A stretch of 32,000 nt of DNA from Vibrio cholerae ATCC 14035 (lineage in GTDB: Bacteria; Pseudomonadota; Gammaproteobacteria; Enterobacterales; Vibrionaceae): assembly GCF_000621645.1 (NCBI RefSeq), contig NZ_KK211322.1:51717-83716 (forward strand), read 5' to 3'. The notes beneath the pieces are model-generated. The model was not told the origin of the DNA. It saw only the letters and a program-made list of their open reading frames with translations, and did no database searches. Positions 1-9,788 of the stretch are shown one piece after another. Numbering within the stretch: the stretch's first letter is position 1; every line of letters starts with the position of its first letter. Position numbers and translations under genes: made by a program.

Positions 1-72
1 CGTAGCTCAGCTGGATAGAGTACCTGGCTACGAACCAGGCGGTCAGAGGTTCGAATCCTCTCGAGCGCGCCA
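1..72 (+). tRNA. tRNA-Arg (anticodon ACG), 5'-truncated by the window edge
   Basis: The cloverleaf is readable. D-arm GCTCAGCTGGATAGAGT; anticodon stem CCTGG/CCAGG with loop CTACGAA (ACG at 30-32); T-arm AGAGG-TTCGAAT-CCTCT; 3' acceptor CGAGCGC plus G plus encoded CCA ending at 72. About 5 nt of the 5' acceptor strand lie outside the window. Close to E. coli tRNA-Arg(ACG) as I recall it. Confidence 0.9.
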
Positions 73-78
73 TATTAG

Positions 79-108
79 AAGCCCTGCATGAAAATGCAGG
101 GCTTTTTT
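79..108 (+). terminator. Rho-independent terminator after tRNA-Arg
   Basis: Stem GCCCTGCAT (81-89), loop GAAA, stem ATGCAGGGC (94-102), then TTTTTT (103-108). Confidence 0.85.
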
Positions 109-335
109 ACATTTCGCAAACACCTCATTTACCCTTGCGCTACAACTTATTGTTTTGTGAAGGATATTCCCCGCTATATTAACTTCATCGCAGTATTTGC
201 CCCTCTTTCGCGCTAAGTTAGCTTCAGTCGGTCAAAAAGCAGCCTCTTGGCCTTGCACTTGTGCTGGTTTTCAATCTCAGGTGATGATTTATTGTTCCAG
301 TTTGTGCCAGAGCTAAAAGAGTGCTTGTAACCAAA

Positions 336-363
336 TTGACAATTATTGTTCAGTCGAGATAAT
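336..363 (+). promoter_or_regulatory. Candidate sigma70 promoter of oadGAB
   Basis: TTGACA (336-341), 16-nt spacer, GATAAT (358-363). This would give a roughly 70-nt leader before the oadG ATG at 439. Confidence 0.45.
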
Positions 364-438
364 CCCACTTCTTCTGCGTTAAGCGCAAAAAATGTGCACA
401 AACCGAAGAATGTCAGGATGACACGCAAAGGAAGCAAC

Positions 439-699
439 ATGACACATATTGGAAGTCTCTTATTGGATGCCGCCACTCTGATGGTCACCGGAATGGCTGT
501 GGTATTCCTATTTCTTACTCTTCTCGTTTATCTCGTTCAGTTTATGTCCCGTGTGATACCGCAAGAGGTACCCGAGGCTGCTGCAACGCCCAAGAAAAGT
601 CAAAAAGTTCAACCAGTCACTGATTCCGTTAGTCCACAAGTCGTGGCGGCAATCGCCGCGGCTGTGCATCAGCACCGCAGTGCGACAGCGAAACAGTAG
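439..699 (+). CDS. oadG: Oxaloacetate decarboxylase gamma subunit (small membrane anchor)
   Basis: Internal ATG of ORF 346..699, preceded by AAGGA (428-432). The 86-aa product has one N-terminal TM helix (LLLDAATLMVTGMAVVFLFLTLLVYLV) and an Ala/Pro-rich tail, and sits directly upstream of oadA/oadB. The 5' extension to 346 overlaps the predicted promoter. Confidence 0.8.
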   Translation: MTHIGSLLLDAATLMVTGMAVVFLFLTLLVYLVQFMSRVIPQEVPEAAATPKKSQKVQPVTDSVSPQVVAAIAAAVHQHRSATAKQ

Positions 700-727
700 T
701 CTGGATTACAAGGATTAAAAGGAGTTA

Positions 728-2521
728 ATGAGCATGTCTAAACCATTAGCCATCACCGATGTCGTCCTACGTGACGCCCACCAATCGCTCTTTGCTACGC
801 GTATGCGTATTGAAGATATGCTGCCGATCGCGGCTGAGCTGGATAAAATCGGTTACTGGTCGTTGGAAACTTGGGGTGGAGCGACGTTTGATGCTTGCAT
901 CCGTTTCCTTGGCGAAGATCCATGGGAACGTCTACGCGCTTTGAAAAAAGCGATGCCGAATACCCCAATGCAGATGTTACTGCGCGGCCAAAACTTACTC
1001 GGTTATCGTCATTACGCGGATGATGTCGTCGAGAAATTTGTCGAGCGCGCCCATGTCAATGGCATGGATGTATTCCGTATTTTTGATGCGATGAACGATG
1101 TGCGCAATTTTGAAAAAGCGGTAAAAGCGACGATTGGTGTGGGCGCTCATGCGCAAGGAACACTCTCTTACACGACGAGCCCTGTGCACAACACGCAAAC
1201 TTGGGTGGATTTAGCAAAACGTCTTGAAGATCTCGGCTGCCACTCTTTATGTATCAAAGACATGTCGGGTCTGCTCAAACCTTATGAGGCCGAAGAGTTA
1301 ATCACGCGTATTAAGCAGTCTTGCGCGGTGCCTTTGGCGCTGCATTGTCACGCGACAACAGGTTTATCTACGGCTACGGCAGTCAAAGCGGTGGAAGCGG
1401 GGATTGATATTCTTGATACCGCGATTTCCTCAATGAGCCAGACTTATGGCCATACGCCCACGGAAACCGTGGTCGCTATGCTGCAGGATACACCACGTGA
1501 TACACAACTCAAATTGGAGCAACTTGAACCGATCGCGGCTTACTTCCGTGAGGTTCGTAAAAAATACGCCAAGTTTGAAGGTCAGTTAAAAGGTGTTGAT
1601 TCGCGCATTCTGATTGCTCAGGTGCCCGGCGGCATGCTGACCAATATGGAAAGCCAGTTGAAAGAGCAAGGTGCCGCGCACCGTATCGATGAGGTATTGG
1701 AAGAGATCCCTCGCGTTCGTCAGGATCTTGGGTTTATTCCGTTAGTGACTCCTACCTCGCAGATTGTCGGCACTCAAGCGGTGATCAACGTGTTAACCGG
1801 TGAGCGCTATAAGAGCATTACCAAAGAAACCGCAGGCGTTCTTAAAGGTGAATACGGTGCAACGCCTGCTAGCGTGAATGCTGAGCTGCAAGCACGCGTA
1901 TTAGAAGGTGGACAAGCGATTACTTGTCGTCCTGCTGATCTTCTGCAAGATGAACTTGACCATCTCACTAAAGAGCTGCTTGAAAAAGCGCAAGTAGAAA
2001 AAATCACCTTAGCGGATGCGAAGGTCGATGATGTTCTGACTTATGCGCTGTTTCCACAAGTTGGCCTGAAATTCCTGAAAAATCGCCATAATCCAGAGGC
2101 GTTTGAACCTGCGCCGGGCAAAGAGCCCGCTCCGGTGGCTACCGCCCCTGCGAGCACCAAACCTGCAGCAGGTATCGAGAGCTACAGTGTGAAAGTGGAC
2201 GGCGTGGTGTATGACGTTGAAGTGGGTTCACAAGGTCAATTGACCTCAGTGGTACCCGCTGGCCAAAAAGCAGCACCAAAACTGGCTGTTGCAACACCCA
2301 CTCAAGGCGCAGAAGCGGTTGCTGCCCCTTTGGCGGGGACCATCTTTAAAATCCAAGTTGAACAAGGCGATGAAGTGGCAGAAGGTGATGTGCTTATCGT
2401 GTTAGAAGCGATGAAGATGGAAACTGAAATCCGTGCAGCGCGCAGTGGTGTGATTCAGGAACTGCATGTCAAAGAAGGCGACAGCGTTCGCGTTGGCGCC
2501 TCACTGCTGAGCTTGGCATAA
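728..2521 (+). CDS. oadA: Oxaloacetate decarboxylase alpha subunit (carboxyltransferase plus biotinyl carrier domain)
   Basis: 597 aa. N-terminal pyruvate-carboxyltransferase TIM-barrel signature ([13 protein letters not shown]...), Ala/Pro linker ([22 protein letters not shown]), and C-terminal biotinyl domain with EAMKME (Lys codon at 2414-2416). GGAG at 721-724. An alternative ATG at 734 is possible. Confidence 0.95.
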   Translation: MSMSKPLAITDVVLRDAHQSLFATRMRIEDMLPIAAELDKIGYWSLETWGGATFDACIRFLGEDPWERLRALKKAMPNTPMQMLLRGQNLLGYRHYADDVVEKFVERAHVNGMDVFRIFDAMNDVRNFEKAVKATIGVGAHAQGTLSYTTSPVHNTQTWVDLAKRLEDLGCHSLCIKDMSGLLKPYEAEELITRIKQSCAVPLALHCHATTGLSTATAVKAVEAGIDILDTAISSMSQTYGHTPTETVVAMLQDTPRDTQLKLEQLEPIAAYFREVRKKYAKFEGQLKGVDSRILIAQVPGGMLTNMESQLKEQGAAHRIDEVLEEIPRVRQDLGFIPLVTPTSQIVGTQAVINVLTGERYKSITKETAGVLKGEYGATPASVNAELQARVLEGGQAITCRPADLLQDELDHLTKELLEKAQVEKITLADAKVDDVLTYALFPQVGLKFLKNRHNPEAFEPAPGKEPAPVATAPASTKPAAGIESYSVKVDGVVYDVEVGSQGQLTSVVPAGQKAAPKLAVATPTQGAEAVAAPLAGTIFKIQVEQGDEVAEGDVLIVLEAMKMETEIRAARSGVIQELHVKEGDSVRVGASLLSLA

Positions 2522-2530
2522 GGGAAAATC

Positions 2531-3661
2531 ATGGACGGATTAATTACCCTATGGCAAGAGACGGGTATTGCCAATTTTGAGCTAGGGCAGATCATCATGA
2601 TCTTGGTCGGCTGTACGCTACTGTTTCTGGCCATTCGTAAAGGCTTTGAGCCGTTATTGCTGCTGCCGATTGGTTTTGGTGCAGTGTTAGCCAATATTCC
2701 TAATGCAGGATTTACCGAGCCCGGTGGCTTGCTGTACTACGTTTACCATATCGGTATTGAGTCAGGCGTTTTCCCATTGCTGATCTTTATGGGCGTGGGA
2801 GCGATGACGGACTTCGGTGCACTGATTGCCAACCCGAAAACCTTGTGGTTAGGCGCTGCGGCTCAGTTAGGCATTTTTGCTACCTTGTTTGGTGCCATTT
2901 TGCTCAACTTTGTACCGGGCATGGAATTCTCTATGGCTGATGCCTCGTCGATTGCAATCATTGGTGGAGCGGATGGTCCAACGGCCATTTTCCTTGCCAG
3001 CCAGTTATCGCCGGATTTGCTCGGGGCAATTGCGGTCGCTGCGTATAGCTATATGGCGCTGGTTCCGATTATTCAACCACCGATCATGAAGGCCTTGACG
3101 ACGCCGGAAGAGCGTAAAATCAAGATGGCTCAGCTACGCCACGTGGGTAAAACCGAGAAAATCGTGTTTCCACTCGTGGTGCTGCTAATGACCATTCTGT
3201 TTTTGCCTGCGGCAACACCCTTGGTCGGCATGTTCTGCTTGGGGAATCTGATGCGTGAAGCGGGTGTGGTGGATCGTTTGTCCAAAACCGCGCAAAACGA
3301 GCTGATCAATATCGTCACCATTTTCTTAGGCTTGGGGGTCGGCTCTAAATTGCAAGCCGAGACTTTCCTCAATTTGGAAACCTTAGGTATTTTGGCACTC
3401 GGCGCGGCTGCTTTCAGTATTGGCACGGCGGGTGGGGTGATTATGGCGAAGATCCTCAATAAATTTTCCAAAGAGGATATCAACCCACTGATCGGTGCTG
3501 CGGGTGTTTCTGCGGTACCTATGGCCGCTCGAGTCGTCAATAAAGTGGGCCTAGAGGCCAACCCGCAAAACTTCTTATTGATGCATGCCATGGGGCCAAA
3601 TGTGGCTGGTGTTTTGGGCTCAGCGGTAGCGGCAGGTGTGTTGCTGGCTCTAGTGGGTTAA
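2531..3661 (+). CDS. oadB: Oxaloacetate decarboxylase beta subunit (Na+-translocating)
   Basis: 376-aa polytopic membrane protein typical of the OadB/GcdB/MmdB family. AAGGGA lies upstream. It starts 10 nt after the oadA stop. Confidence 0.95.
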   Translation: MDGLITLWQETGIANFELGQIIMILVGCTLLFLAIRKGFEPLLLLPIGFGAVLANIPNAGFTEPGGLLYYVYHIGIESGVFPLLIFMGVGAMTDFGALIANPKTLWLGAAAQLGIFATLFGAILLNFVPGMEFSMADASSIAIIGGADGPTAIFLASQLSPDLLGAIAVAAYSYMALVPIIQPPIMKALTTPEERKIKMAQLRHVGKTEKIVFPLVVLLMTILFLPAATPLVGMFCLGNLMREAGVVDRLSKTAQNELINIVTIFLGLGVGSKLQAETFLNLETLGILALGAAAFSIGTAGGVIMAKILNKFSKEDINPLIGAAGVSAVPMAARVVNKVGLEANPQNFLLMHAMGPNVAGVLGSAVAAGVLLALVG

Positions 3662-3733
3662 GCATGAGTTGGTTGCACTTTGCGCAAAATGGCGATGCAA
3701 AGTTAACGACTTAAAAGAAATTGGTATATATTC

Positions 3734-3760
3734 AAAGGGATGCTTCGGCATCCCTTTTTA
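3734..3760 (+). terminator. Rho-independent terminator of oadGAB
   Basis: GGGATGC (3737-3743), loop TTCG, GCATCCC (3748-3754), then TTTTTA. It lies inside the TTG-initiated 5' extension of ORF 3721..4734, which argues against that extension. Confidence 0.8.
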
Positions 3761-3783
3761 TTCGCGCGATAGGGATAGTGGAA

Positions 3784-4734
3784 ATGGAAAACAAACGAAT
3801 CGTCATTACCCAATTTGGTACACCGGATGTGTTGGCCATGCAAAGTGCGCCAATTCCTACCCCCAAAGCGGGTGAAGTATTAGTGAAAGTTGCTTTCGCG
3901 AGTGTTAACCCTATCGATGTGAAAACCCGGGCGGGGTTAGGATGGGCGGCAGCACAAAATAAAGACAAACTGCCGTGGACACCCGGTTACGATATCTCCG
4001 GACGAGTTGTGGCGTTAGGCGAGGGAGTTAGCCGCCTTAAAGAGCGGGATAATGTGGCGGGATTTATTGGTTTCCCATTGCGCGGTGGTGGTTACAGTCA
4101 GTATGTTTGTGTGCCTGAGCAGGAATTGAGTTTGGTTCCTGATGCAGTAACGCTCGAAGCGGCTGCCGCACTGCCCCTTGCGGGGCAAACCGCCGCGCAA
4201 GCCTTGAGCAAAGCGCAAGTCCAAGAAGGTGAACGTGTGTTAATCCTTGCAGGGGCGGGTGGCGTTGGGCATATCGCGGTGCAAATTGCACTCGCCGCTA
4301 AGACTGAAGTATTTACCACTTGCAGTGAAGCGAATTTAGACTATCTGGCCACGCTTGGCGCTCATGCGATCAATTACCAATTTGCGCCCGTCTCTCAGCG
4401 TTTAGAAGAGGTGGATGTGTTGATCGATCTGGTGGGGGGAGAGGCGGCGTTGGATGCGCTTAAATGCCTAAAAGATAACGCTCGCGTCATTACTGTACCG
4501 ACGTTAACCGCCGAGCTTATCTGCGAAAAAGCCAAGCTACTCGGTTTTGAAGCTACGGGCATGTTGGTAGATCCGAATCCAGAGCAGCTCGATACCATGC
4601 TGTATATGGTCAGTGTCGGGCTACTGAAAATCGAAATTCAGCACATCTATTCACTGTTAGACGCCGCGCAAGCCCATGAGCAGATTGAATCCGGACACAC
4701 GCGAGGCAAGTTGCTTCTTGATATGAAATGCTAG
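3784..4734 (+). CDS. Medium-chain dehydrogenase/reductase family NAD(P)H:quinone oxidoreductase-like protein
   Basis: Starts at the ATG at 3784 (MENKRIVITQFGTPDVL...), downstream of the oad terminator. GroES-like N-domain and a Rossmann motif AGAGGVGH. The family call is confident; the substrate is unknown. Confidence 0.85.
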   Translation: MENKRIVITQFGTPDVLAMQSAPIPTPKAGEVLVKVAFASVNPIDVKTRAGLGWAAAQNKDKLPWTPGYDISGRVVALGEGVSRLKERDNVAGFIGFPLRGGGYSQYVCVPEQELSLVPDAVTLEAAAALPLAGQTAAQALSKAQVQEGERVLILAGAGGVGHIAVQIALAAKTEVFTTCSEANLDYLATLGAHAINYQFAPVSQRLEEVDVLIDLVGGEAALDALKCLKDNARVITVPTLTAELICEKAKLLGFEATGMLVDPNPEQLDTMLYMVSVGLLKIEIQHIYSLLDAAQAHEQIESGHTRGKLLLDMKC

Positions 4735-5189
4735 ATTGGTGGAATGACTCTTCTGCGCTACTCACTTCTCTCTTTGCTGAATCGCCGCTGAGCTTACTGT
4801 TCTGGAGTGGTTTTCTCAGTGCAACATTATTACCGGGCGGCTCAGAAGCGGCGTTGTTGGCGAGTTTATCGCTCGCTCAACATCCGGTTTGGCTCATCGT
4901 TGCGGTGTCAACGGCCGGGAACACTTTAGGTGGCATGACCAACTACGCGTTAGGTTTATGGCTGCCGCATCGAACTGATTCACAAAAACAAGGTCATAAA
5001 GCCAAGCTCTGGTTGCAGCGTTACGGTTATTGGGCGTTGCTTGGGAGTTGGTTGCCGATTATTGGTGACCCACTCTGTTTAGCGGCAGGTTGGCTGCGTT
5101 TAAACGTACTCCCTGCATTTTTGATGATTTTGATAGGTAAGGCGCTGCGTTATTCATTGCTTGCTGCGTTGTATTACGGTTTGTTTTAA
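4728..5189 (+). CDS. yqaA: YqaA-family (DedA/SNARE-associated-like) inner membrane protein
   Basis: 153 aa. Aligns by eye with E. coli YqaA (FLSATLLPG.SE, GN.LGG.TN, LQRYG, GDPLCLAAGW, GKALRY). Its ATG at 4728 overlaps the upstream stop (ATGCTAG). Confidence 0.85.
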   Translation: MLDWWNDSSALLTSLFAESPLSLLFWSGFLSATLLPGGSEAALLASLSLAQHPVWLIVAVSTAGNTLGGMTNYALGLWLPHRTDSQKQGHKAKLWLQRYGYWALLGSWLPIIGDPLCLAAGWLRLNVLPAFLMILIGKALRYSLLAALYYGLF

Positions 5190-5198
5190 GGAGATGTG

Positions 5199-8054
5199 AT
5201 GAGAAAAGTCGCGTTGTTTGGATTTTCTCTTTTGTTATTAGCGGGATGCAGTAGTTCTGACTCATCGTTGCCGCTGTTTTCTTCTTTGCCGAAAGGCGTC
5301 ACCTTGGTCGAAGAGGTGAAAGCCGAACCGGGTAAAGTCATGATCCCGTACTCGAAGTATCGTTTGGATAATGGACTGACCGTGATCCTTTCACCGGATG
5401 ACTCCGATCCCTTGGTGCATGTTGATGTAACCTATCACGTGGGTTCCGCTCGTGAGGAGATTGGTAAATCGGGCTTTGCTCATTTCTTTGAGCACATGAT
5501 GTTCCAAGGCTCTAAACATGTCGGCGATCAGCAGCATTTTCGTTTGATCACTGAAGCGGGCGGCTCGCTCAATGGCACCACCAACCGCGACCGTACCAAC
5601 TATTTTGAAACGGTTCCGGCCAATCAATTAGAAAAAATGTTGTGGCTTGAGGCGGATCGAATGGGCTTTTTGCTCGATGCGGTTTCGCAGCGCAAGTTTG
5701 AGATCCAGCGTGATACCGTGAAAAATGAGCGCGCTCAGAATTATGACAACCGCCCTTATGGCTTGATGTGGGAAAAAATGGGTGAAGCGCTTTATCCCGA
5801 AGGGCACCCTTATTCTTGGCAAACGATTGGTTATGTCAGTGATTTAGACCGAGTTGATGTCAATGATTTAAAAGCCTTTTTCCTACGTTGGTATGGCCCA
5901 AATAATGCGGTGTTAACCATAGGTGGCGATCTGGATGTTAAACAAACCTTAGATTGGGTTCAAAAATACTTTGGCTCGATTCCGAAAGGCCCAGATGTGG
6001 TAGATGCACCGAAGCAGCCAGCACGGTTGAGTGAAGATCGTTTTATTACGTTGGAAGATCGTGTGCAGCAGCCGATGCTGCTCATAGGGTGGCCAACGCA
6101 ATATTGGGGCGCAGAGGATCAAGTCGCACTGGATGCTCTAGCCAGTGCCCTAGGCAGTGGCAACAACAGCCTGCTCTATCAAGAGCTGGTGAAAACTCAA
6201 AAGGCGGTTGATGCGGGCGCATTCCAAGACTGTGCTGAACTCGCCTGTACCTTTTATGTGTATGCCATGGCTCCCTCGGGAGCCAAAGGTAAGCTCGCCC
6301 CACTGTATCAAGAAACCCTGCAAGTGCTGGAAAAGTTTAAGCAGCAGGGTGTCTCTGCTTCGCGTCTAGAACAGATCATCGGCTCAGAAGAGGCCAGTGC
6401 TGTATTTGCGCTAGAGAGTGTCAAAGGTAAAGTCAGCCAATTGGCGGCCAACCAAACCTTTTTTGATCAGCCAGATCGCATTGAAAGTCAGCTAGAGAAA
6501 ATCCGCGCAGTGACACCAGAGTCGGTGAAGCAGGTGTTCACTCGCTATCTGGATGGCCAGCCGAAAGTGACACTTAGTGTAGTGGCAAAAGGCAAAACGG
6601 ACTTTGCGGTACGTCCGGCAACCTTTATCACTCCGGAACGTCAACTGCCGGAATATCAAAAAATTGGTGATGAGCAGCTTGCCTATCGCGAAGTCAAAGA
6701 CAGCTTTGATCGCTCGCAGATGCCGCAAGTGGCACAAGCGGTTCAGCCACGTTTACCTAAACTGTACGATGTCTATTTTGACAACGGCGTACAACTGCTT
6801 GGCACGCAAACTCGTGAAACTCCGACAGTACTGATTGAAATTCAATTACCTGCGGGCGAGCGTCAAGTCGCGATGGGGAAAGAAGGCTTGGCTAACTTAA
6901 CCGCCAGCCTGCTGCAAGAAGGCAGCCAAAACCGTAGCGCCGAAGCCATTCAAGCGCAACTGGATAAGCTCGGCTCAAGCATTCAAGTCGTGGCGGGAGC
7001 CTATTCAACCAGCATTGTGGTATCGAGTTTGAAGAAAAACTTGCCGGAGACGTTGCAAATCAGCCAAGAGATGCTGCTCAAACCTGCTTTCAAACAGAGT
7101 GATTTTGCACGTTTACAGCAGCAAATGTTGCAAGGCGTGGTTTACCAACACCAGCAACCGAGCTGGTTAGCATCGCAAGCCACCCGCCAAGTATTATGGG
7201 GGGAGAGTTTGTTTGCCCGCTCCGGTGATGGTACGCAAGCTTCTATCTCTGCCTTGACCTTGAAGGACGTGAAGCAATTCTACCGTCAACATTACACCCC
7301 GCATGGTGCACAAATTGCGGTAGTGGGGGATATCAGTGCGCGAGAAATTCGTCAGCAGTTACAGTTTATTGCCGATTGGAAAGGCGAAGCGGCCCCGCTG
7401 ATTAACCCACAAGTAGTGCCAACGTTAACTAAGCAGAAAATCTATTTAGTGGATAAGCCGGGAGCGCCGCAAAGTATCATCCGTATGGTGCGTAAAGGGC
7501 TTCCTTTTGATGCCACAGGTGAGCTGTACTTAACTCAATTGGCGAATTTTAACTTAGCAGGTAACTTCAATAGCCGGATAAACCAAAATCTGCGTGAAGA
7601 CAAAGGATATACCTACGGCGCAGGAAGCTATTTTGCCAGTAACCGTGAGATTGGAGCCATTGTATTTAACGCTCCAGTACGTGCGGATGTGACCGTTGAA
7701 GCGATTCAAGAAATGATCAAAGAGATGCATCATTTCAGCCAAGCGGGGATGAGCGAGGAAGAGATGAAATTTTTACGTCTCGCTGTCGGTCAACAAGATG
7801 CGCTGATGTATGAAACACCCGCGCAGAAAGCTCAACTTGTCTCCAGTATTCTGACGTACAGTTTAGATCGTGATTATCTGCAGCAACGTAATGAGATAGT
7901 GAAAAGCGTTGATCGCTCAACACTCAATGAGCTGGCGGCCAAATGGTTCAATCCTGAGGATTACCAAATTATTGTGGTGGGCGATGCCAAGCGACTCAAG
8001 CCGCAGTTGGAAAAGTTAGGCATTCCGCTAGAAGAGCTTGAAATCATCCGTTAG
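5199..8054 (+). CDS. Two-module M16 (pitrilysin/insulinase, PqqL-like) zinc metallopeptidase, predicted lipoprotein
   Basis: The ATG at 5199 lies 5 nt after AAGGAG (5188-5193); the ORF track starts 3 nt earlier at a GTG. Lipobox LLLLAGC|SS. Inverted zincin motif HFFEH plus a downstream E in the N-terminal module. The second M16 module starts around residue 560 and has no HxxEH at the equivalent position. Confidence 0.85.
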   Translation: MRKVALFGFSLLLLAGCSSSDSSLPLFSSLPKGVTLVEEVKAEPGKVMIPYSKYRLDNGLTVILSPDDSDPLVHVDVTYHVGSAREEIGKSGFAHFFEHMMFQGSKHVGDQQHFRLITEAGGSLNGTTNRDRTNYFETVPANQLEKMLWLEADRMGFLLDAVSQRKFEIQRDTVKNERAQNYDNRPYGLMWEKMGEALYPEGHPYSWQTIGYVSDLDRVDVNDLKAFFLRWYGPNNAVLTIGGDLDVKQTLDWVQKYFGSIPKGPDVVDAPKQPARLSEDRFITLEDRVQQPMLLIGWPTQYWGAEDQVALDALASALGSGNNSLLYQELVKTQKAVDAGAFQDCAELACTFYVYAMAPSGAKGKLAPLYQETLQVLEKFKQQGVSASRLEQIIGSEEASAVFALESVKGKVSQLAANQTFFDQPDRIESQLEKIRAVTPESVKQVFTRYLDGQPKVTLSVVAKGKTDFAVRPATFITPERQLPEYQKIGDEQLAYREVKDSFDRSQMPQVAQAVQPRLPKLYDVYFDNGVQLLGTQTRETPTVLIEIQLPAGERQVAMGKEGLANLTASLLQEGSQNRSAEAIQAQLDKLGSSIQVVAGAYSTSIVVSSLKKNLPETLQISQEMLLKPAFKQSDFARLQQQMLQGVVYQHQQPSWLASQATRQVLWGESLFARSGDGTQASISALTLKDVKQFYRQHYTPHGAQIAVVGDISAREIRQQLQFIADWKGEAAPLINPQVVPTLTKQKIYLVDKPGAPQSIIRMVRKGLPFDATGELYLTQLANFNLAGNFNSRINQNLREDKGYTYGAGSYFASNREIGAIVFNAPVRADVTVEAIQEMIKEMHHFSQAGMSEEEMKFLRLAVGQQDALMYETPAQKAQLVSSILTYSLDRDYLQQRNEIVKSVDRSTLNELAAKWFNPEDYQIIVVGDAKRLKPQLEKLGIPLEELEIIR

Positions 8055-8165
8055 AGTACACATTTAATAGTGGGGCGGATTGCGCCCCAAACTCGCTATG
8101 CTGCTTAAGCACTACGCTTAACAGGCGGCGTGCGACTGGAACCACCTACATAAGCGAAGCGTATT

Positions 8166-9740
8166 TTGAGTAAATTTGCCGAGCGACTACAAACAGTTGC
8201 AAACAAACCAGAAGTATTTCAAAAGTTTAGCCGTGGATTGGAGCGCGAATCGCTGCGTTACACGCCGGAAGGTGCTCTCACGCAAACGCCACACCCGAAA
8301 GCACTGGGAGCGGCATTAACTCACCGTTGGATCACCACAGATTTTGCGGAGTCCTTGCTGGAGTTCATCACCCCTGTCTCGCATGAAGTCGATACTCTGC
8401 TGGCGCAGATGTCGGATATTCACCATTTCGCGCAGACCAAGCTGGGCGATGAAAAACTTTGGCCTCTCTCCATGCCTTGCTACGTTGGCAGTGAAGAGGG
8501 GATAGTGCTGGCACAATACGGTTCGTCGAACACTGGAAAAATGAAAACCTTGTACCGTGAAGGGCTCAAGCGTCGTTATGGCAGCCTGATGCAGATTATT
8601 TCCGGAGTACATTTCAATTTTTCATTCCCAGAAAGTTTCTGGGATGCCTTGTTTGGTGAGCAAGAAGAGTCTGCTCGTCAAGCGAGTAAATCTGCGGCCT
8701 ATTTTGGTGTCATTCGTAATTACTACCGTTTTGGTTGGCTGATCCCGTATCTGTTTGGCGCTTCCCCCGCACTCTGCTCATCTTTTTTACAAGGTCGCAA
8801 AACCGATCTGCCGTTCGAGTCCATTGGTAAAACCTTGTATCTGCCTTATGCCACCTCGCTGCGTCTAAGCGATTTGGGCTACACCAACAGCGCGCAAAGT
8901 GTGCTGCAAATTGGTTTCAATAGCATAGAGCAGTATCTGCAAGGGTTGAATGAAGCGATCCGCACCCCCTCAGCCGAGTTTGCCAAACTGGGTGTGAAAG
9001 TAGAGGGAGAATATCGCCAGCTCAATAGCAACGTACTGCAAATTGAAAATGAGCTGTATGCGCCGATTCGTCCGAAACGTGTGACACAAAGTGGCGAGCG
9101 GCCTTCGCAAGCCCTAGCGCGTGCAGGGGTGGAATATATTGAAGTGCGCTCGCTCGATGTGAACCCATTTAGCCCGATTGGAATTAATGAAGATCAGGTT
9201 CGTTTCCTCGACCTATTCTTAGCATGGACAGCGCTGTCAGATTCTGATCCTATGGATGGCTGTGAACTGGCTTGTTGGCGCGACAACTGGCGTAAAGTGG
9301 TACTGGAAGGTCGCAAGCCTGGCTTAGAACTGCAAATTGGCTGCCATGGTGAAGTGTTGACCTTGCAAGCGTGGGCGAAGCGTGTGTTTGCCGATCTGCG
9401 TGTGATTGCTGAAACTATGGATGCGGCTCTCGGCGGCGATGCCTACCAAGCGGTGTGTGCCAAACTAGAGACTTGGATCGAAAATCCTGAGCTGACGCTC
9501 TCGGCACAAATCCTAGCAGAAATTAAACAGCACGGCGGCTTAGGTAAAACAGGCTGCGCGTTAGGTAACGAGTACCGAGCGGTCAATTTACAGCACCAAT
9601 ACCAGTTCTACTCACAAGATGAGATGGAGCAGGAAGTGCGCCGCTCAACTCAAGCCCAAGCCGACATTGAAGCGAAAGAGACGCTCAATTTTGATGCTTA
9701 CCTAACGCAATATTTTGCCTACCTACAGGCGGTGAGTTAA
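8166..9740 (+). CDS. gshA: Glutamate--cysteine ligase
   Basis: 524 aa, collinear with E. coli GshA from the N-terminus ([28 protein letters not shown]). The start codon is TTG (8166-8168); there is no in-frame ATG that would preserve the conserved N-terminus. Confidence 0.95.
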
Positions 9741-9788
9741 TTTAGTTTTAGTGGTGCGCAGTAAGCGAGCCAGAAAGGGAGAAAGGAA

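Noticed and set aside
213-488. 91-aa minus-strand ORF in the tRNA-oadG spacer.
   Set aside because: It overlaps the oadG start and the predicted oad promoter. It has no RBS and no recognisable family features, and its composition looks like translated non-coding AT-rich DNA.
3721-3783. 5' extensions offered by the ORF track: qor-like from 3721, oadG from 346, rpsP from 14347, lpoA from 29654, hapR from 31298.
   Set aside because: The extensions start at non-ATG codons or lack an RBS. They run through a terminator hairpin (3734-3760), promoters, or the divergent rsmI start. Internal ATGs with good SD sequences give N-termini matching known homologues.
1-4800. The idea that the region after tRNA-Arg is a recently acquired genomic island or integrative element.
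   Set aside because: There is no integrase, excisionase or transposase gene, and I could find no direct repeat of the tRNA 3' end. The cargo is an ordinary metabolic operon. It is retained only as a comparative-synteny observation.
8072-8088. GGGGCG-GATTG-CGCCCC hairpin after the M16 peptidase gene, considered as a terminator.
   Set aside because: No U-tract follows on either strand. It may be a weak or factor-dependent terminator or an mRNA-stabilising hairpin, but I cannot support an intrinsic-terminator call.
9741-9788. Looked for a MicA-like sRNA between gshA and luxS, where micA sits in E. coli.
   Set aside because: The spacer is only 48 bp and consists of the luxS RBS region. There is no promoter or terminator pair on either strand.
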